Below, in pieces: positions 39,368 through 50,700 of a stretch of 64,000 bases of DNA. The stretch lies in assembly GCA_963758915.1 (NCBI GenBank), contig CAVWXH010000007.1, positions 32,001 through 96,000 of the forward strand, given 5' to 3'. Below the pieces are notes generated by a model that saw nothing but the letters and a program-made list of their open reading frames with translations, was not told the DNA's origin and made no database searches. The position numbers were made by a program, and so were the translations under genes. Each line of letters starts with the position of its first letter. Positions within the stretch are counted from its first letter, which is position 1. Source of the stretch: an uncultured Methanomicrobiales archaeon (GTDB lineage Archaea > Halobacteriota > Methanomicrobia > Methanomicrobiales > Methanospirillaceae).

Positions 39368-40570
39368 ATGAAGAGGAATATCAAAATCGAAGGACTACGT
39401 CAAATCCCTCTCGAACAGCAGGAAATAGAACTGGTCGAGAGAAAATGCATTGGTCACCCTGACAGTATCGCTGATGGCATTGCTGAATCCATCAGCCGTG
39501 CCCTTAGCAGGGCATACTTAGAAGAATGCGGGGCAATACTCCACCACAATACTGACCAGGGGGAGATCGTCGCAGGCGAGTCGGTTCCCCGTTTCGGCGG
39601 TGGAAAAGTCATAAAACCCATCTATATTTTACTGGACGGGCGTGCCACGAAACATTTTGAGGGTATTGACATCGCGACCGATTCGATCGCCGTGGAAGCA
39701 GCCCGGAATTACCTCCGGGAGAACCTCACCAATTTAAACCTCGAGCGGGACGTGATCGTAGACTGCAAACTAGGGACGGGTTCGACTGACCTCCGCGATG
39801 TCTTCAGGCCATGCGACAACAAAGTGCCACGGGCGAACGACACCTCGTTCGGTGTGGGCCATGCGCCATTCTCCGAGACAGAAACAATCGTAATGGAGTC
39901 AAGCGACTACATCGATACCATATTAAGGCCCGAATTCCCCGCGATAGGGCAGGATATAAAAATCATGGGGCTCCGCGACGGTAATGATATCACGCTCACT
40001 GTTGCATGTGCCATTGTTGACCGTTATTGTTCAGATATGAAGGAATATCTCGAATATAAAGAGATCCTGAAGGAGAGGCTTGAGAACCTCGCGAAAAAGC
40101 ACACCGGCAGGAAGGTTTCTGTCCATATCAACACGGCGGATGATATCGACAATGGATCTGTATTCTTAACAGTGACCGGCACTTCGGCAGAGATGGGTGA
40201 TGATGGTTCAGTCGGCCGCGGTAACCGCTGTAACGGGCTTATCACCCCGAACCGCCCGATGAGCATGGAGGCCACAAGTGGCAAGAACCCGATAAATCAT
40301 ATCGGTAAGATCTATAACCTCCTCTCGACCCAGCTGGCAAGGGACTGCGTAGCGAAGGTGGACGGTATTGAGGAGATATATATCCGGCTTCTCTCGCAGA
40401 TTGGAATGCCGATTGACCTTCCACTGGTTGCAAGTGTCCAGGTATTGCCGAAGCCGGGTTACGAACTGCATGCTATTACCCGCGATATCGATGCAATTGT
40501 AAATGACGGCCTGGCAGACGTTACCTGTGTGACCGGGAAAGTCATCAGCGGGGAGATCAGGACCTTCTGA
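39368..40570 (+). CDS. mat: S-adenosylmethionine synthetase (archaeal type)
   Basis: [49 protein letters not shown]. Confidence 0.95.
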   Translation: MKRNIKIEGLRQIPLEQQEIELVERKCIGHPDSIADGIAESISRALSRAYLEECGAILHHNTDQGEIVAGESVPRFGGGKVIKPIYILLDGRATKHFEGIDIATDSIAVEAARNYLRENLTNLNLERDVIVDCKLGTGSTDLRDVFRPCDNKVPRANDTSFGVGHAPFSETETIVMESSDYIDTILRPEFPAIGQDIKIMGLRDGNDITLTVACAIVDRYCSDMKEYLEYKEILKERLENLAKKHTGRKVSVHINTADDIDNGSVFLTVTGTSAEMGDDGSVGRGNRCNGLITPNRPMSMEATSGKNPINHIGKIYNLLSTQLARDCVAKVDGIEEIYIRLLSQIGMPIDLPLVASVQVLPKPGYELHAITRDIDAIVNDGLADVTCVTGKVISGEIRTF

Positions 40571-40585
40571 TCCTGCACTAATAAG

Positions 40586-41497
40586 ATGAGCATTACCACA
40601 ATCAATGAAAGGACGCCTGAAGGGGATGACCTCCCCTATGTCGTCCGACTTGCAATTCCCAATAAAGGCCGGATATCCATCCCAATCCTTGAGCTGATGG
40701 AGAAATCCGGCCTGCATCTTCTTGATGCAGGTGAAAGACGCCTGATTTCACGTACTCCTGACCCGCATATCGAGGTGCTGTTCGCCCGGCCGATCGATAT
40801 CCCGGAATATGTCGCGACAGGTGCTGCCGATATGGGGATTACCGGGCATGACATGGTGGCTGAACGGGGTGTACAGGTAGATGAACTTCTTGACCTCCAG
40901 TTCGGTCGTGCGACACTTGTCCTGGCGGTGCAGGAAGGCTCGCCTGCACAATCTGTTAATGATCTCATGGACGCAAAAATTGCGACAGAATTTCCTGGTA
41001 TTGCGCAATCTTACTTTGCAGAAAAAAATATTCCGGTACACATTGTCCAGGTTGGCGGGGCCTGCGAGGCAACACCCTATCTTGGTATCGCGGATGCAAT
41101 CATCGACCTTTCAAGTTCAGGGGACACGCTCCGGTCGAACCGCCTGCGTGTGATCTCCGAAGTAATGAAGACAAGCACGGTGGTGATTGCGAACCGTGAT
41201 GCACGGGCAGCAAAGTCAGAGAAGGTCGAAGAGATCGTGCTGGCACTGGAAAGTGTGATCCGTGCCCGCGGGCAGTGCTACCTGATGATGAACGTCCGGC
41301 GTGCATGTCTTCCGGATGTCAAGCGGGTGCTCCCCGGGTTGTCAGGGCCGACCGTGATGGAAGTTGCAGCCAGCGAAGACCTTGTGGCCGTGCATGCGGT
41401 GGTAAGCGAGGACCGGGTATACCGCCTGATTAACCTGCTGAAACGGGCAGGGGCGCGGGACATCCTTGTGATGTCGATTGAACGGATGATCCGCTGA
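40586..41497 (+). CDS. hisG: ATP phosphoribosyltransferase (long form)
   Basis: [33 protein letters not shown]. Confidence 0.95.
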   Translation: MSITTINERTPEGDDLPYVVRLAIPNKGRISIPILELMEKSGLHLLDAGERRLISRTPDPHIEVLFARPIDIPEYVATGAADMGITGHDMVAERGVQVDELLDLQFGRATLVLAVQEGSPAQSVNDLMDAKIATEFPGIAQSYFAEKNIPVHIVQVGGACEATPYLGIADAIIDLSSSGDTLRSNRLRVISEVMKTSTVVIANRDARAAKSEKVEEIVLALESVIRARGQCYLMMNVRRACLPDVKRVLPGLSGPTVMEVAASEDLVAVHAVVSEDRVYRLINLLKRAGARDILVMSIERMIR

Positions 41498-41502
41498 CCT
41501 GT

Positions 41503-42213
41503 ATGATAGTTTTTCCTGCAGTTGACATCCTTGACGGGCGGTGTGTCCAGCTGGTCCAGGGCAGGCGTGAGACAGCCACGTTTTTTGGCGAGCCACGTAC
41601 CTGTGCAACGAGGTGGCTCTCCGAGGGAGCTGATGCACTTCATGTAATCAATCTCGATGGGGCCTTTGGCAATGCCGCCAGGAATGTTTACCTTATCCGG
41701 GATCTTGTCAGCGAGACCGGGGTCACCATCCAGCTTGGCGGGGGAATCCGGACCGTAGAGGATGCTGCGGGCTGGCTTGAGGCCGGGGTTGAACGGGTAA
41801 TCCTTGGTACCGTGGCAATAACAACCCCCGGGATTATCCGGACTCTTGCAGACAGGTTTGGCAGTAAACGGATAATGGCCGGTGTAGACGCCCGTGGAGG
41901 AGAGATTGCCATAGAAGGATGGCAGAAGACTGCAGGGGACTACATGGTATGGGCAGAACGTTTTGAATCCCTTGGTGCAGGGTCCCTCCTGTATACCAAT
42001 GTCGATGTGGAAGGACTTCAGGGAGGCGTGAATTTTCCCCCTGTAAAAGCCCTTCTTGACCGGGTACATATCCCGGTCACCGTTGCCGGGGGCGTCTCCA
42101 GCATAGATGATATTAATGGTCTCGCCCATATTGGAGTATATGGTGCGGTACTCGGGTCCTCGCTCTATAGCGGAAGGATCCGGCTCCGCGATGCACTGGA
42201 GGCAGCACGATGA
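41503..42213 (+). CDS. hisA: ProFAR isomerase
   Basis: [33 protein letters not shown]. Confidence 0.95.
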   Translation: MIVFPAVDILDGRCVQLVQGRRETATFFGEPRTCATRWLSEGADALHVINLDGAFGNAARNVYLIRDLVSETGVTIQLGGGIRTVEDAAGWLEAGVERVILGTVAITTPGIIRTLADRFGSKRIMAGVDARGGEIAIEGWQKTAGDYMVWAERFESLGAGSLLYTNVDVEGLQGGVNFPPVKALLDRVHIPVTVAGGVSSIDDINGLAHIGVYGAVLGSSLYSGRIRLRDALEAAR

Positions 42214-42791
42214 GGAGGACTGAACAGAAAAGGACCACAAAGGAGACAGATGTCCACGTGGTCTTTGATCCGGACGGGTTACAGGCCTGTCCGGTTGATA
42301 CCGGTATACCGTTTTTTGACCATATGCTCGCTGCACTCGGCAGGCATGGAAGAATCGGACTGACCATTACCGCGAAGGGAGACCTCGAGGTTGACACCCA
42401 TCATACAATCGAGGATATCGGGATCGTCCTTGGGGATGCCATACGATTATCAACCGGTGACGGACGCGGCATACGGCGGTTTGCCCATGCAATTGTGCCG
42501 ATGGACGAGTCCCGTGCTACGGTTGTGCTCGATTGCGGGGGGCGGGGGTACCTGCTCTTTGAAGGGAAGTTCACAGGAAAGACTATCGGTGGTATAGATG
42601 CCGATATTTTCGAGCATTTCTTTTACAGCCTGTGCACTCGTGCCGGGATCACTGCACACGTCCAGTTTATCGGACGGAATGACCACCATAAATGCGAAGC
42701 GATATTCAAGGCATTCGGAATTGCCCTTGGTGAAGCACTCTCACACCGTGACCATGATGACCAGGTGCCCAGTACAAAAGGGACGTTCTGA
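42210..42791 (+). CDS. hisB: Imidazoleglycerol-phosphate dehydratase
   Basis: [35 protein letters not shown]. Confidence 0.95.
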   Translation: MRRTEQKRTTKETDVHVVFDPDGLQACPVDTGIPFFDHMLAALGRHGRIGLTITAKGDLEVDTHHTIEDIGIVLGDAIRLSTGDGRGIRRFAHAIVPMDESRATVVLDCGGRGYLLFEGKFTGKTIGGIDADIFEHFFYSLCTRAGITAHVQFIGRNDHHKCEAIFKAFGIALGEALSHRDHDDQVPSTKGTF

Positions 42792-42915
42792 ATAACCGGG
42801 GACAACGCCAACATGAACCTGTACGTCCCCACGTACAAAATAAAACAATTGCCACCTTGATCAGATTTAATCCCGGATGGACCGGATATTTTTCCAATTA
42901 GAGAAAGGGGGAATA

Positions 42916-43122
42916 TTATGCTGACTTTGCAGCCAGCTCTACATCCTCTTCCTTGATCGTCTTACGTCCCGCGTGGAGCGCGAGCCTGTTTGCCTCTTTG
43001 GTCAGGTGTGCAATGTATGCCTCTGCCTTAGCAACAAGTGCAGCAGCTGCGTCGCTGCCCACTCTCTCTGCTCCATTTTTCTTTGCAATCCTTACAACTG
43101 CAGCAATAGGTAAATCTGCCAT
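42916..43122 (-). CDS. Archaeal histone (HMf family)
   Basis: LPIAAVVRIAK..GAERV..HAGRKTIKEED. Confidence 0.95.
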   Translation of the reverse strand: MADLPIAAVVRIAKKNGAERVGSDAAAALVAKAEAYIAHLTKEANRLALHAGRKTIKEEDVELAAKSA

Positions 43123-43154
43123 TGTATTACCTCAAACAAAAATGTATTAGCAAA

Positions 43155-43169
43155 TATTTAAACGTTTCG
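43155..43169 (-). promoter_or_regulatory. Putative BRE/TATA promoter of the histone gene
   Basis: Minus strand CGAAACG-TTTAAATA about 33 nt upstream of ATG. Confidence 0.6.
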
Positions 43170-43312
43170 TGATTCTTGTCCAATTATTTGCAGATTATGC
43201 TATCCGGGGCATCTTTGCAGGGAATGTCTCTATCCCATGGCATATTGGGAGTATCCCGAAAAATAAGCCTGATCCTCTTATTATTACCCGTATAAAAGCC
43301 ATAAAAGCGACA

Positions 43313-44053
43313 TTATAATTTAGAGAGAGAATCTGCAAGCATTATCGCATTGCGGTAATCTGGAGAAGCGCGCGAAGTATCCACAAAAATTCTATCGATA
43401 TTTACCACAGGTGCACCATGACCGTGACCGGCACCAAGGAAGGTGAGTGTCCGGAACATCAGGTTCCCTGTTATCCCATCCGGGGCGATTATAACCCCTG
43501 CCTCTGAAATTGCGTCTTCAACAAGGATTTCATAATGGGTTTCCCCGGTTAACCGGGCGACAAGCTCAGCGTCTGCCATACTCCGGTCGACCCTGCGGCT
43601 CCGGCCTACATCGCCGAGCCTGCCTCCGGAAAGGATGGCCACCCGCGTGGAAAGGCCGAATTTTCGTGCAATTTCCCTGCCTTTTGTTACAAAGACCACT
43701 TTTTCCGTGACCGTCCAGCCCTCATCGACCCCTACCGGTGCTAGCAGGAATTTCTTTCCCCCCGCGGTCTCGAGGAGGGCAATTCTTTCAAGCTTATCAA
43801 CGCCGGCTGCCTTTTTCAGTGCGCTGAGTGTCGCATTTGCCGGCAGTGTACCCCGGATTGCTGCCCTGATGGTACCCTGCATGAGGTCAGTCACCAGGTC
43901 CTGTTCCGGACGTGCTGAGGTATGAATGGTGAGAGTTACCGGCCCCGGGACTAACGGTACCAGGTTTGCAATAAATGGCGACCTGATCGCTGATTCCCGA
44001 ATTAATAATGCTGGATATGACTTTCCTGGTATCTTCTCCGATCCCGATACCAA
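43313..44053 (-). CDS. mtxX: Methanogenesis marker Mmp4/MtxX
   Basis: AAIRGTL, LLAPVGVDEG, SGGRLGDVGR, APDGITGNLMFRTL, FVDTSRA. Confidence 0.9.
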   Translation of the reverse strand: MVSGSEKIPGKSYPALLIRESAIRSPFIANLVPLVPGPVTLTIHTSARPEQDLVTDLMQGTIRAAIRGTLPANATLSALKKAAGVDKLERIALLETAGGKKFLLAPVGVDEGWTVTEKVVFVTKGREIARKFGLSTRVAILSGGRLGDVGRSRRVDRSMADAELVARLTGETHYEILVEDAISEAGVIIAPDGITGNLMFRTLTFLGAGHGHGAPVVNIDRIFVDTSRASPDYRNAIMLADSLSKL

Positions 44054-44059
44054 TCATCT

Positions 44060-45067
44060 TCATACACAGTCACCAGGCCCGGTAAAGAGCCGCATGATGC
44101 CGTTTTTTGAAAAATCAAAGACGAGTGATTCCTGGTCTTCGTAGGTAATTACCAGGTCCTTGCTGGTATTTACCGTCCCTATCACCTTTGCCGTCATCCC
44201 CACCGTGGAAAACCGTGAACATACTTCATCTGCATTTTTTTCGTTCACCGTCAGAATAAATCCCATACCCGGGTACATACGTACCCACTGCTCGAATGAG
44301 ATATTATTCTCCTTCAGGTCCGGATGCGGTATTTTTCCGAGATCGATTGTTGCACCCTTGTTGCTTACCTCAAGGAGCATCCCAAGGGTACCGATCACAC
44401 CCGGGTTGCTGATATCTTTACCCGCGGTAAGCAGGTGCTCCTGGCCAAGCTGTTCAAGCAGCTGGATCTGTGCCCGCACGTACGATGCAGATTTCATCGT
44501 CACCGAGTCCCAGTTAAGGAAACAGGATGGGTGTACCCTGCCACTCAGGTCAATTGCGGCCACCACAAGGTCCCCGTCCTGTGCCGTGTGCGAGTAGATA
44601 ACCGAATCAACATCTGCAACCCCTATGATGGCCACATCGATTACGCTGTACGGAGTATCAGGGTGAAGGTGCCCCCCGACGATGGGCACACCGAACTGGG
44701 ATGATGCATCATGCATCCCGTCAATCACCTGTTTCCTGATGGAATTGTCTGATATTGAAAACACATCGACCATGGCAACAGGTTTCCCGCCCATCGCAGC
44801 GATATCATGGATATTGACAAGAACTGAGCAGTAGCCGGCCCAGTATGGGTCGGCCTCCATCAGCTTGCTCCATATCCCGTCTGCTGCGAGGAGGAGTGCT
44901 TCATTCCCATGTCTGATGACTGCTGCGTCCTCGCCAAACGAGGCCATTACGTCAGGGGTGTCGATCCGGATCGCCTTGACCATCTCACCGATGGCGTGCT
45001 TCCGTTTCACTCCTTCATAGTCCCTGACGACACTTGCTATTTTTTCTGTGGAGCAATAAAAAACCAC
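44060..45067 (-). CDS. Methanogenesis marker 2 protein (AIR synthase-like)
   Basis: EGVKRK, FGEDAAVI, LVNIHDIAAMGG, VGGHLHPD, KDISNPG; likely GTG start at 45067. Confidence 0.9.
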   Translation of the reverse strand: MVFYCSTEKIASVVRDYEGVKRKHAIGEMVKAIRIDTPDVMASFGEDAAVIRHGNEALLLAADGIWSKLMEADPYWAGYCSVLVNIHDIAAMGGKPVAMVDVFSISDNSIRKQVIDGMHDASSQFGVPIVGGHLHPDTPYSVIDVAIIGVADVDSVIYSHTAQDGDLVVAAIDLSGRVHPSCFLNWDSVTMKSASYVRAQIQLLEQLGQEHLLTAGKDISNPGVIGTLGMLLEVSNKGATIDLGKIPHPDLKENNISFEQWVRMYPGMGFILTVNEKNADEVCSRFSTVGMTAKVIGTVNTSKDLVITYEDQESLVFDFSKNGIMRLFTGPGDCV

Positions 45068-45152
45068 GGTACCACCATCAACCCGGAAATGTAGTATTGT
45101 TATTTCGGTGTCATCAGACATAATTTATTTGATATACCGTCAAAGTTTCACC

Positions 45153-46586
45153 ATGGACTGGACAGAGAAATACCGGCCTGCACATCTTGCTGATATTGTA
45201 GGGAACGGTACCGCTGTCCGCCAGATGCTCGACTGGGCACGGGGATGGAAACGCGGCACGAAACCGCTCATACTCTATGGGAAACCTGGTATCGGCAAGA
45301 CCTCCGCGGCCTATGCCCTTGCAAATGATATGCAGTGGGAGGCGATGGAGCTCAATGCGAGTGACCAGAGGACAAAAGCGGTCATCGAACGTGTTGCAGG
45401 TGCAGGCAGTACATCCGGCAGTCTTACCGGGGCTACAAGGAGGCTGGTTGTCCTTGATGAGGCGGACAACCTGCAGGGCACTGCTGACAAAGGCGGGGCG
45501 AAAGCAATCCTTGATATTATCCGGGACGCACGCCAGCCCATTATCCTGATTGCAAATGACCTGTACGGGCTTGCCGCGGACCTTCGTGCCGCGTGTGATC
45601 CCGTCCAGTTCAAGGCCCTTCCCGCACGGTCCCTTGCCCCCCACCTGAAATATATCTGTTCCGTGGAGAAGGTGCAGTGCAATGACCAGGCCTTAAAAGA
45701 TATCGCCGAGAACTCCGCGGGTGATATGAGGGCTGCCGTCACGATGCTGTACGCCGCAGCAATCGGAAAAGAGAGGATCGACGAACCTGATATCAGGACA
45801 TCGATGAAAGACGGGCGTGCGAGCATATTCCAGCTCATCCCTGCGGTATTCGGCAGGACCGCGGGTGATGACCTGATCCGGATGTCATATGAAATTGATG
45901 ATACGCCGGATGTCATCGAGCAGTGGATTGAGGCGAACCTTGGCACTCTCAGGAACCCGGAAGAAGCAGCACTTGCCTACCGGTACCTCTCCCGGGCAGA
46001 TGAATATATAGGCTATACGTATCGCCAGCAATATTACACGCTCTGGCGTTATGCCACGGTAACCATGCTGTTAGGGACAAATATCGCATCAGGGGGCCAT
46101 GGGATCCATGAAAGGGTATCATCACCCCGCCGGTGGCAGAGGATGGCATCCTCAAGGCGCCAGAAAGGTATACGTACCGCACTGCTTGGTAAGTGTGGTG
46201 GGCTCATGCATATGCCCCAGCAGACTGTCCGTGACGGGTACCTGAGCCTTCTCTCAATTATAGCCGAAAAGGACCCGCTTACTTTTGCAAGGAATCTTGA
46301 CCTCGACGCAGACCAGCTGGCACTTCTTATCCATGACCGGGTTAAGGCAACCACCATAGCAAAACAGATCGCAGGCGAAAAGAGGGAAGAAGATAAAAAA
46401 GAGAAGATAAAAGCCCAAAAAAAACCGGTAGCTGAACCGAAAAAAAACAAGCAGCCTGTTGAGGGACCGACCGAAGCAACAACCCGGGCGGTGGAACCAG
46501 TCCAGCCAGCTGAACCGGAACCTTCCCCACCTGCACAGGAGGAGAAACAACCAAAGGGCGGAGGGCGGCAGTCAACCCTTTTCTGA
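45153..46586 (+). CDS. rfcL: Replication factor C large subunit
   Basis: DWTEKYRP, GKPGIGKT, ELNASDQR, LDEAD; C-terminal QSTLF PIP box. Confidence 0.95.
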   Translation: MDWTEKYRPAHLADIVGNGTAVRQMLDWARGWKRGTKPLILYGKPGIGKTSAAYALANDMQWEAMELNASDQRTKAVIERVAGAGSTSGSLTGATRRLVVLDEADNLQGTADKGGAKAILDIIRDARQPIILIANDLYGLAADLRAACDPVQFKALPARSLAPHLKYICSVEKVQCNDQALKDIAENSAGDMRAAVTMLYAAAIGKERIDEPDIRTSMKDGRASIFQLIPAVFGRTAGDDLIRMSYEIDDTPDVIEQWIEANLGTLRNPEEAALAYRYLSRADEYIGYTYRQQYYTLWRYATVTMLLGTNIASGGHGIHERVSSPRRWQRMASSRRQKGIRTALLGKCGGLMHMPQQTVRDGYLSLLSIIAEKDPLTFARNLDLDADQLALLIHDRVKATTIAKQIAGEKREEDKKEKIKAQKKPVAEPKKNKQPVEGPTEATTRAVEPVQPAEPEPSPPAQEEKQPKGGGRQSTLF

Positions 46587-46991
46587 ACCGGTATCCTGCC
46601 TGTAATACCGGTGCAGGATCACCCCGCAGTCTATTAATTCCCCGCCATCACCGTACCACTCAAAGCCGAGGTGGTACACGAGGAGATCACAGTTGAGTTT
46701 TCGTGCCAGTTCCTTCATCGGTGGCACCATTTCTTCGGCCGGCCGGACTGAATATAGGAGATCAGCCCCGCGATATTGTCCGGTATCCGGGAAAAATATA
46801 TCGTCACGGGTGAAATAGATCCCTTCGGGAGGCACCTGCTGTTTTATGTCGGTACACCGGCAGCTGATACCCGCTGATATGATACATTCCGCTGCGGTGA
46901 AATTGTGTCCGACGCCGATTTCTACCGGGTTGTTGTAGTGCTCTGCGATGTACCTGCCGATGCAATGCTCAATACGTTTATACCCGTCCAT
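46572..46991 (-). CDS. UPF0146 family protein
   Basis: VEIGVG, DDIFFP..YRGADLLYSVRP. Confidence 0.8.
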   Translation of the reverse strand: MDGYKRIEHCIGRYIAEHYNNPVEIGVGHNFTAAECIISAGISCRCTDIKQQVPPEGIYFTRDDIFFPDTGQYRGADLLYSVRPAEEMVPPMKELARKLNCDLLVYHLGFEWYGDGGELIDCGVILHRYYRQDTGSEKG

Positions 46992-47008
46992 TCCAGTATA
47001 GTATTGGA

Positions 47009-47557
47009 ATGGACGTCCATATTTTTTGGGATCATGGTGCGCCGGAAGGACTGGCCAGACCGTCCGGGAGGGCGATAGCTTCGATCACCGGCACCACGGT
47101 CAAAGTCTGTGAGAGTCCGCTGGTCCTTAACGGGTATATCGGGCACCGGAGGCAGGTTGATGCCGGGGTGGTACTCGATGGAATCGGTACCTTTATGCAC
47201 CGTCAGGGTATCCCGGGGCCTGTGCTCCTCGTGATCGGGCAGGACATCTTTGCAACAGGACTCGACTTCGTGTTCGGGCTTGCCCGGCCACCAACACGGG
47301 CATCTGTTATTTCTGGTGTACGCCTCAGCAATGAATACTATGGGCGCCGGCCAAACGATGAAGACCTCATTGAACGCCTTGCAAAAGAAGGCTCTCATGA
47401 ATTGGGGCATATTTATGGGCTTTCTCATTGTGACAACCATGAATGCATTATGTTTAACCCCCACACGCTCGATGAACTGGACGGGAAAAAGAAAGAGTTC
47501 TGCCCGGTATGTTCTGTTGCATTAGAGAAGGGAAAATCTGAAATGCTCGTTTATTGA
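47009..47557 (+). CDS. Archaemetzincin Zn metalloprotease
   Basis: FVFGLA, HELGHIYGLSHC..CIMF..FCPVC. Confidence 0.9.
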   Translation: MDVHIFWDHGAPEGLARPSGRAIASITGTTVKVCESPLVLNGYIGHRRQVDAGVVLDGIGTFMHRQGIPGPVLLVIGQDIFATGLDFVFGLARPPTRASVISGVRLSNEYYGRRPNDEDLIERLAKEGSHELGHIYGLSHCDNHECIMFNPHTLDELDGKKKEFCPVCSVALEKGKSEMLVY

Positions 47558-47785
47558 CCTGTTTTCTTCGGTCAACCTGTGATAATGGGCCTTATTGGTT
47601 GTATAATCATAACCTGACCCTTAAAAAACCGTAATAGTAACGGGATCTAACGAAAAAAAGCAAGAAAAAACTATTTTTTCCAGATCGGAAAAAATGGGAA
47701 CTATTCCCAACTCAGATGCTTATCCAGAATACGCCGGAGACCAGGGGGAACCTGCTGGTCACTGTCTCGTTGGGTAACAATGACT

Positions 47786-50700
47786 TCAGCTCCGGTAACG
47801 GGTGCTGGAATAGCTGTTCTCTGAAATTATTTTCCTGTTATCAACTGTTGTGGCGGCGAACTGTGAAAATGATGATGTTCCAGGGCTTTTTACCGGCATA
47901 ACCGGGGTATTGGCTGTGAACTGTCTGCCGGTGTCCGTTGAAGCGCCGCCCAGGTAACCCTGGGGGGCGGTCATTCCCACGTTTTGTGGAATAATTGCTT
48001 TAGGTGTACCGGATTTAATAAACTTTGACACTCCGCTGGAAGCAACGCTGGATGCCGGGGTTGCAACCGTTACGGTGTATTGATACCGTTCACCGAATGG
48101 CACATGAACGGTAGCCCCGCTCTCACTTGTCACCGTATACATCATGACAAACGACAGATTGTATGTACCGTTCTTCATCGGGCATGGGACATTTATCGTG
48201 AATGGGAACGTGTAGCTCTGCCCTGGTTTTACAACGACGTTTTCAGGCAGCCAGTACTTTGGTGGTACGAATGTGAACCCGTCGGCTGAAGAGGGCGAGA
48301 GGAAGACCCCGTTCTTTGAAGTCCAGTTAACAGTCCCTGTGTTCTCAACTCTTACATTGACCTGGTACGAATGGCAGGACATCATGGTCTTCGGGAAATC
48401 ATTTCCGACGAATTTCGAATCGTATGGTAAACCGGGTCCTTTAAGTGGTAAGGGGTTTGGTGCCGCGATATTTCCACCTTGACTGGGGTTTCGGTTTTCC
48501 ACCGAGCGGGTAATAGTCGCTGTTGTTGGCGTCAATTACATACGCATGGTCAACGATCCCGTCACCACGGTCATAAAGGGCGGTTTGTGAGAATCCTGTG
48601 CCATTCGGGTCAGCCCAGTAGTTTCCTCCAAGCATTGGTCCGTGGTTAATGTTGCCGCCTGCTGGCGCCGGGATCGGGGTAGGCAGGTTCCAGATGTTCC
48701 TGCTTACACCATCGGTCTGGACATTCTGGTTGTTATTGAAATAATTGTTGAAGATCGTGTTGTTGTTCGCGTTGGAGATAGAGATCCCGCTGACGTTGTT
48801 GTATGTGATGAAGTTGCCTGAGACCGTGTTTTGTTCAGAACCATTCGTAATATTGAACCCTGACTGGTCATTGTAGCTGATATTATTATTGCTGATAGTG
48901 TTCCCGCTGCTTGGATCGATGAAGACCCCGTTCTGGTCGTTGAAAGTGATGGTGTTACCTGATACCGTGTTGTTGAATGAATTGAGTATTGAAACTCCGT
49001 TACCCTGGTTCTGGCTGATGAAATTACCTGCCGTAATGTTGTTATCCTGGGAATTATCAGTCACATTGAACCCGTTCCTGCCGTTTGAAGTGACAGTATT
49101 ACCAGTAAAGTCGTTGCTGTAGGTGTCGTTTAAGTAGAACCCGTCAAAGAGGTTGTTGCTGGCGACATTGCTGGTGAATACGTTGTCAAACGTGGTACCT
49201 GACCCGTGCAGCCTGAACCCGTTCATGTCGTTGTTTGAGGCATTGTTGCCACTGAATGTGTTCAATGCCGCCAGGTCAAGGTTGAATCCGTTCATATCGT
49301 TGTTCTGGGCATTGTTGTTCACGAAATTGTTGTTATTTGCCCCTTCAATAAGCATGAACCCGTTCATGTCATTGTCCCTGGCATTGTTGTTCAGGAAATC
49401 ATTGTTGCTCGCACTTCCGTTAACCATGAACCCGTTCCAGTTGTTGTTGTATGCATTGTTACCAGTAAAGGTATTATCCTGTGTCTGGATTCCCTGGACC
49501 ACGAAACCGTCATTCGTGTTTAAACTAGCGTTATTCCCTGTCACCGTGTTGTTGCTGGATTCCTCGATATAGATACCGATAAGGTTCTGCTGGGCATTGT
49601 TGCCAGTTACCGCGTTCCAGTGGGAATTGTTGAGGTGGACTCCGTGGTAGCTGTTGTTGAACGCGGTGTTCTGGTCTATGGTGTTGTGATCTGATCCATC
49701 CATGTAGAAACCGTCGAAGAGGTTATCCGACGCATTGTTGTTTCTAACCGTATTATTGTTCGATCCAGCCAGGAATACTCCGTCATCCCCGTTACGGAAT
49801 GCAGTGTTGCCGAGGAGGGTATTATTATCCGATCCTGCAAGGACAATCCCGTCTCCACTATTGTCTGATGCATTGTTTGTGATCAGCTGGTTCCGTTGTG
49901 AGGAGATGAGTACAATTCCGTCCGTATTCGCGGTTGCAGTGTTTCCGGTAAGGTTGTTGTTGTCCGACTGGGAGACCAGGAACCCGAAGAAGGTGTTTTG
50001 ATTTGCAGTATTACTGGTCAGGTTATTGTTGTCAGAGTTGGCAACCATGAACCCGGCAAACAGGTTCTGTTCAGCGGTGTTCTGGTCGAGGTTATTGTTC
50101 ATGCTGTTGTCGAGCCTGATACCGACAAGGCCGTTTGAACCGGCGTAATTGTGGTCAAGCGTGTTATTATCCGAATCATGGAGGTTGATACCAATCCAGT
50201 TGTTCAGGGAAGCATTGTTCCCCGAGAGGGTGTTGTAATCGGAGTTGTTGAGGCGGAACCCGGTCCGGTTATTGCCGATCGCATCGTTGCCGCTGAGGTT
50301 GTTGTTGTTTGAGTCCCTCAGGATGAAGCCGTATTCCTGTGCATTCTGCGGTGTGAGGTTACCGGCATGGTTCCCCGTGAGGTCGTTGGAGTCTGATGAA
50401 CCGAGGTAGAATCCGGCAAAGTTACCTGCAGCCGTGTTGTTGGTCAGGGTGTTGTCAACGGAATCGTTGACTGCAAACCCGGCAAATCCGTTATTATAGG
50501 CCGTGTTGTTGAAGAGCGTGTTGTTGTTGCTCATCGTCACTTCGAAGCCGTTTATGACGTTACCGGTAGCCCTGTTATCGATCAGGGTATCCTGGAACGA
50601 CCCGTTGAGGTCGAACCCGTTCTGGAAGTTGTTGTTGGCCGTGTTGTTGGTCAGGTTTGTCCACGGGGCGTTGTTCAGCTCGAACCCATGAACCTGGTTT

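Noticed and set aside
41278-42336. 352-aa minus-strand ORF
   Set aside because: Antisense shadow of hisG/hisA/hisB with no recognisable motifs
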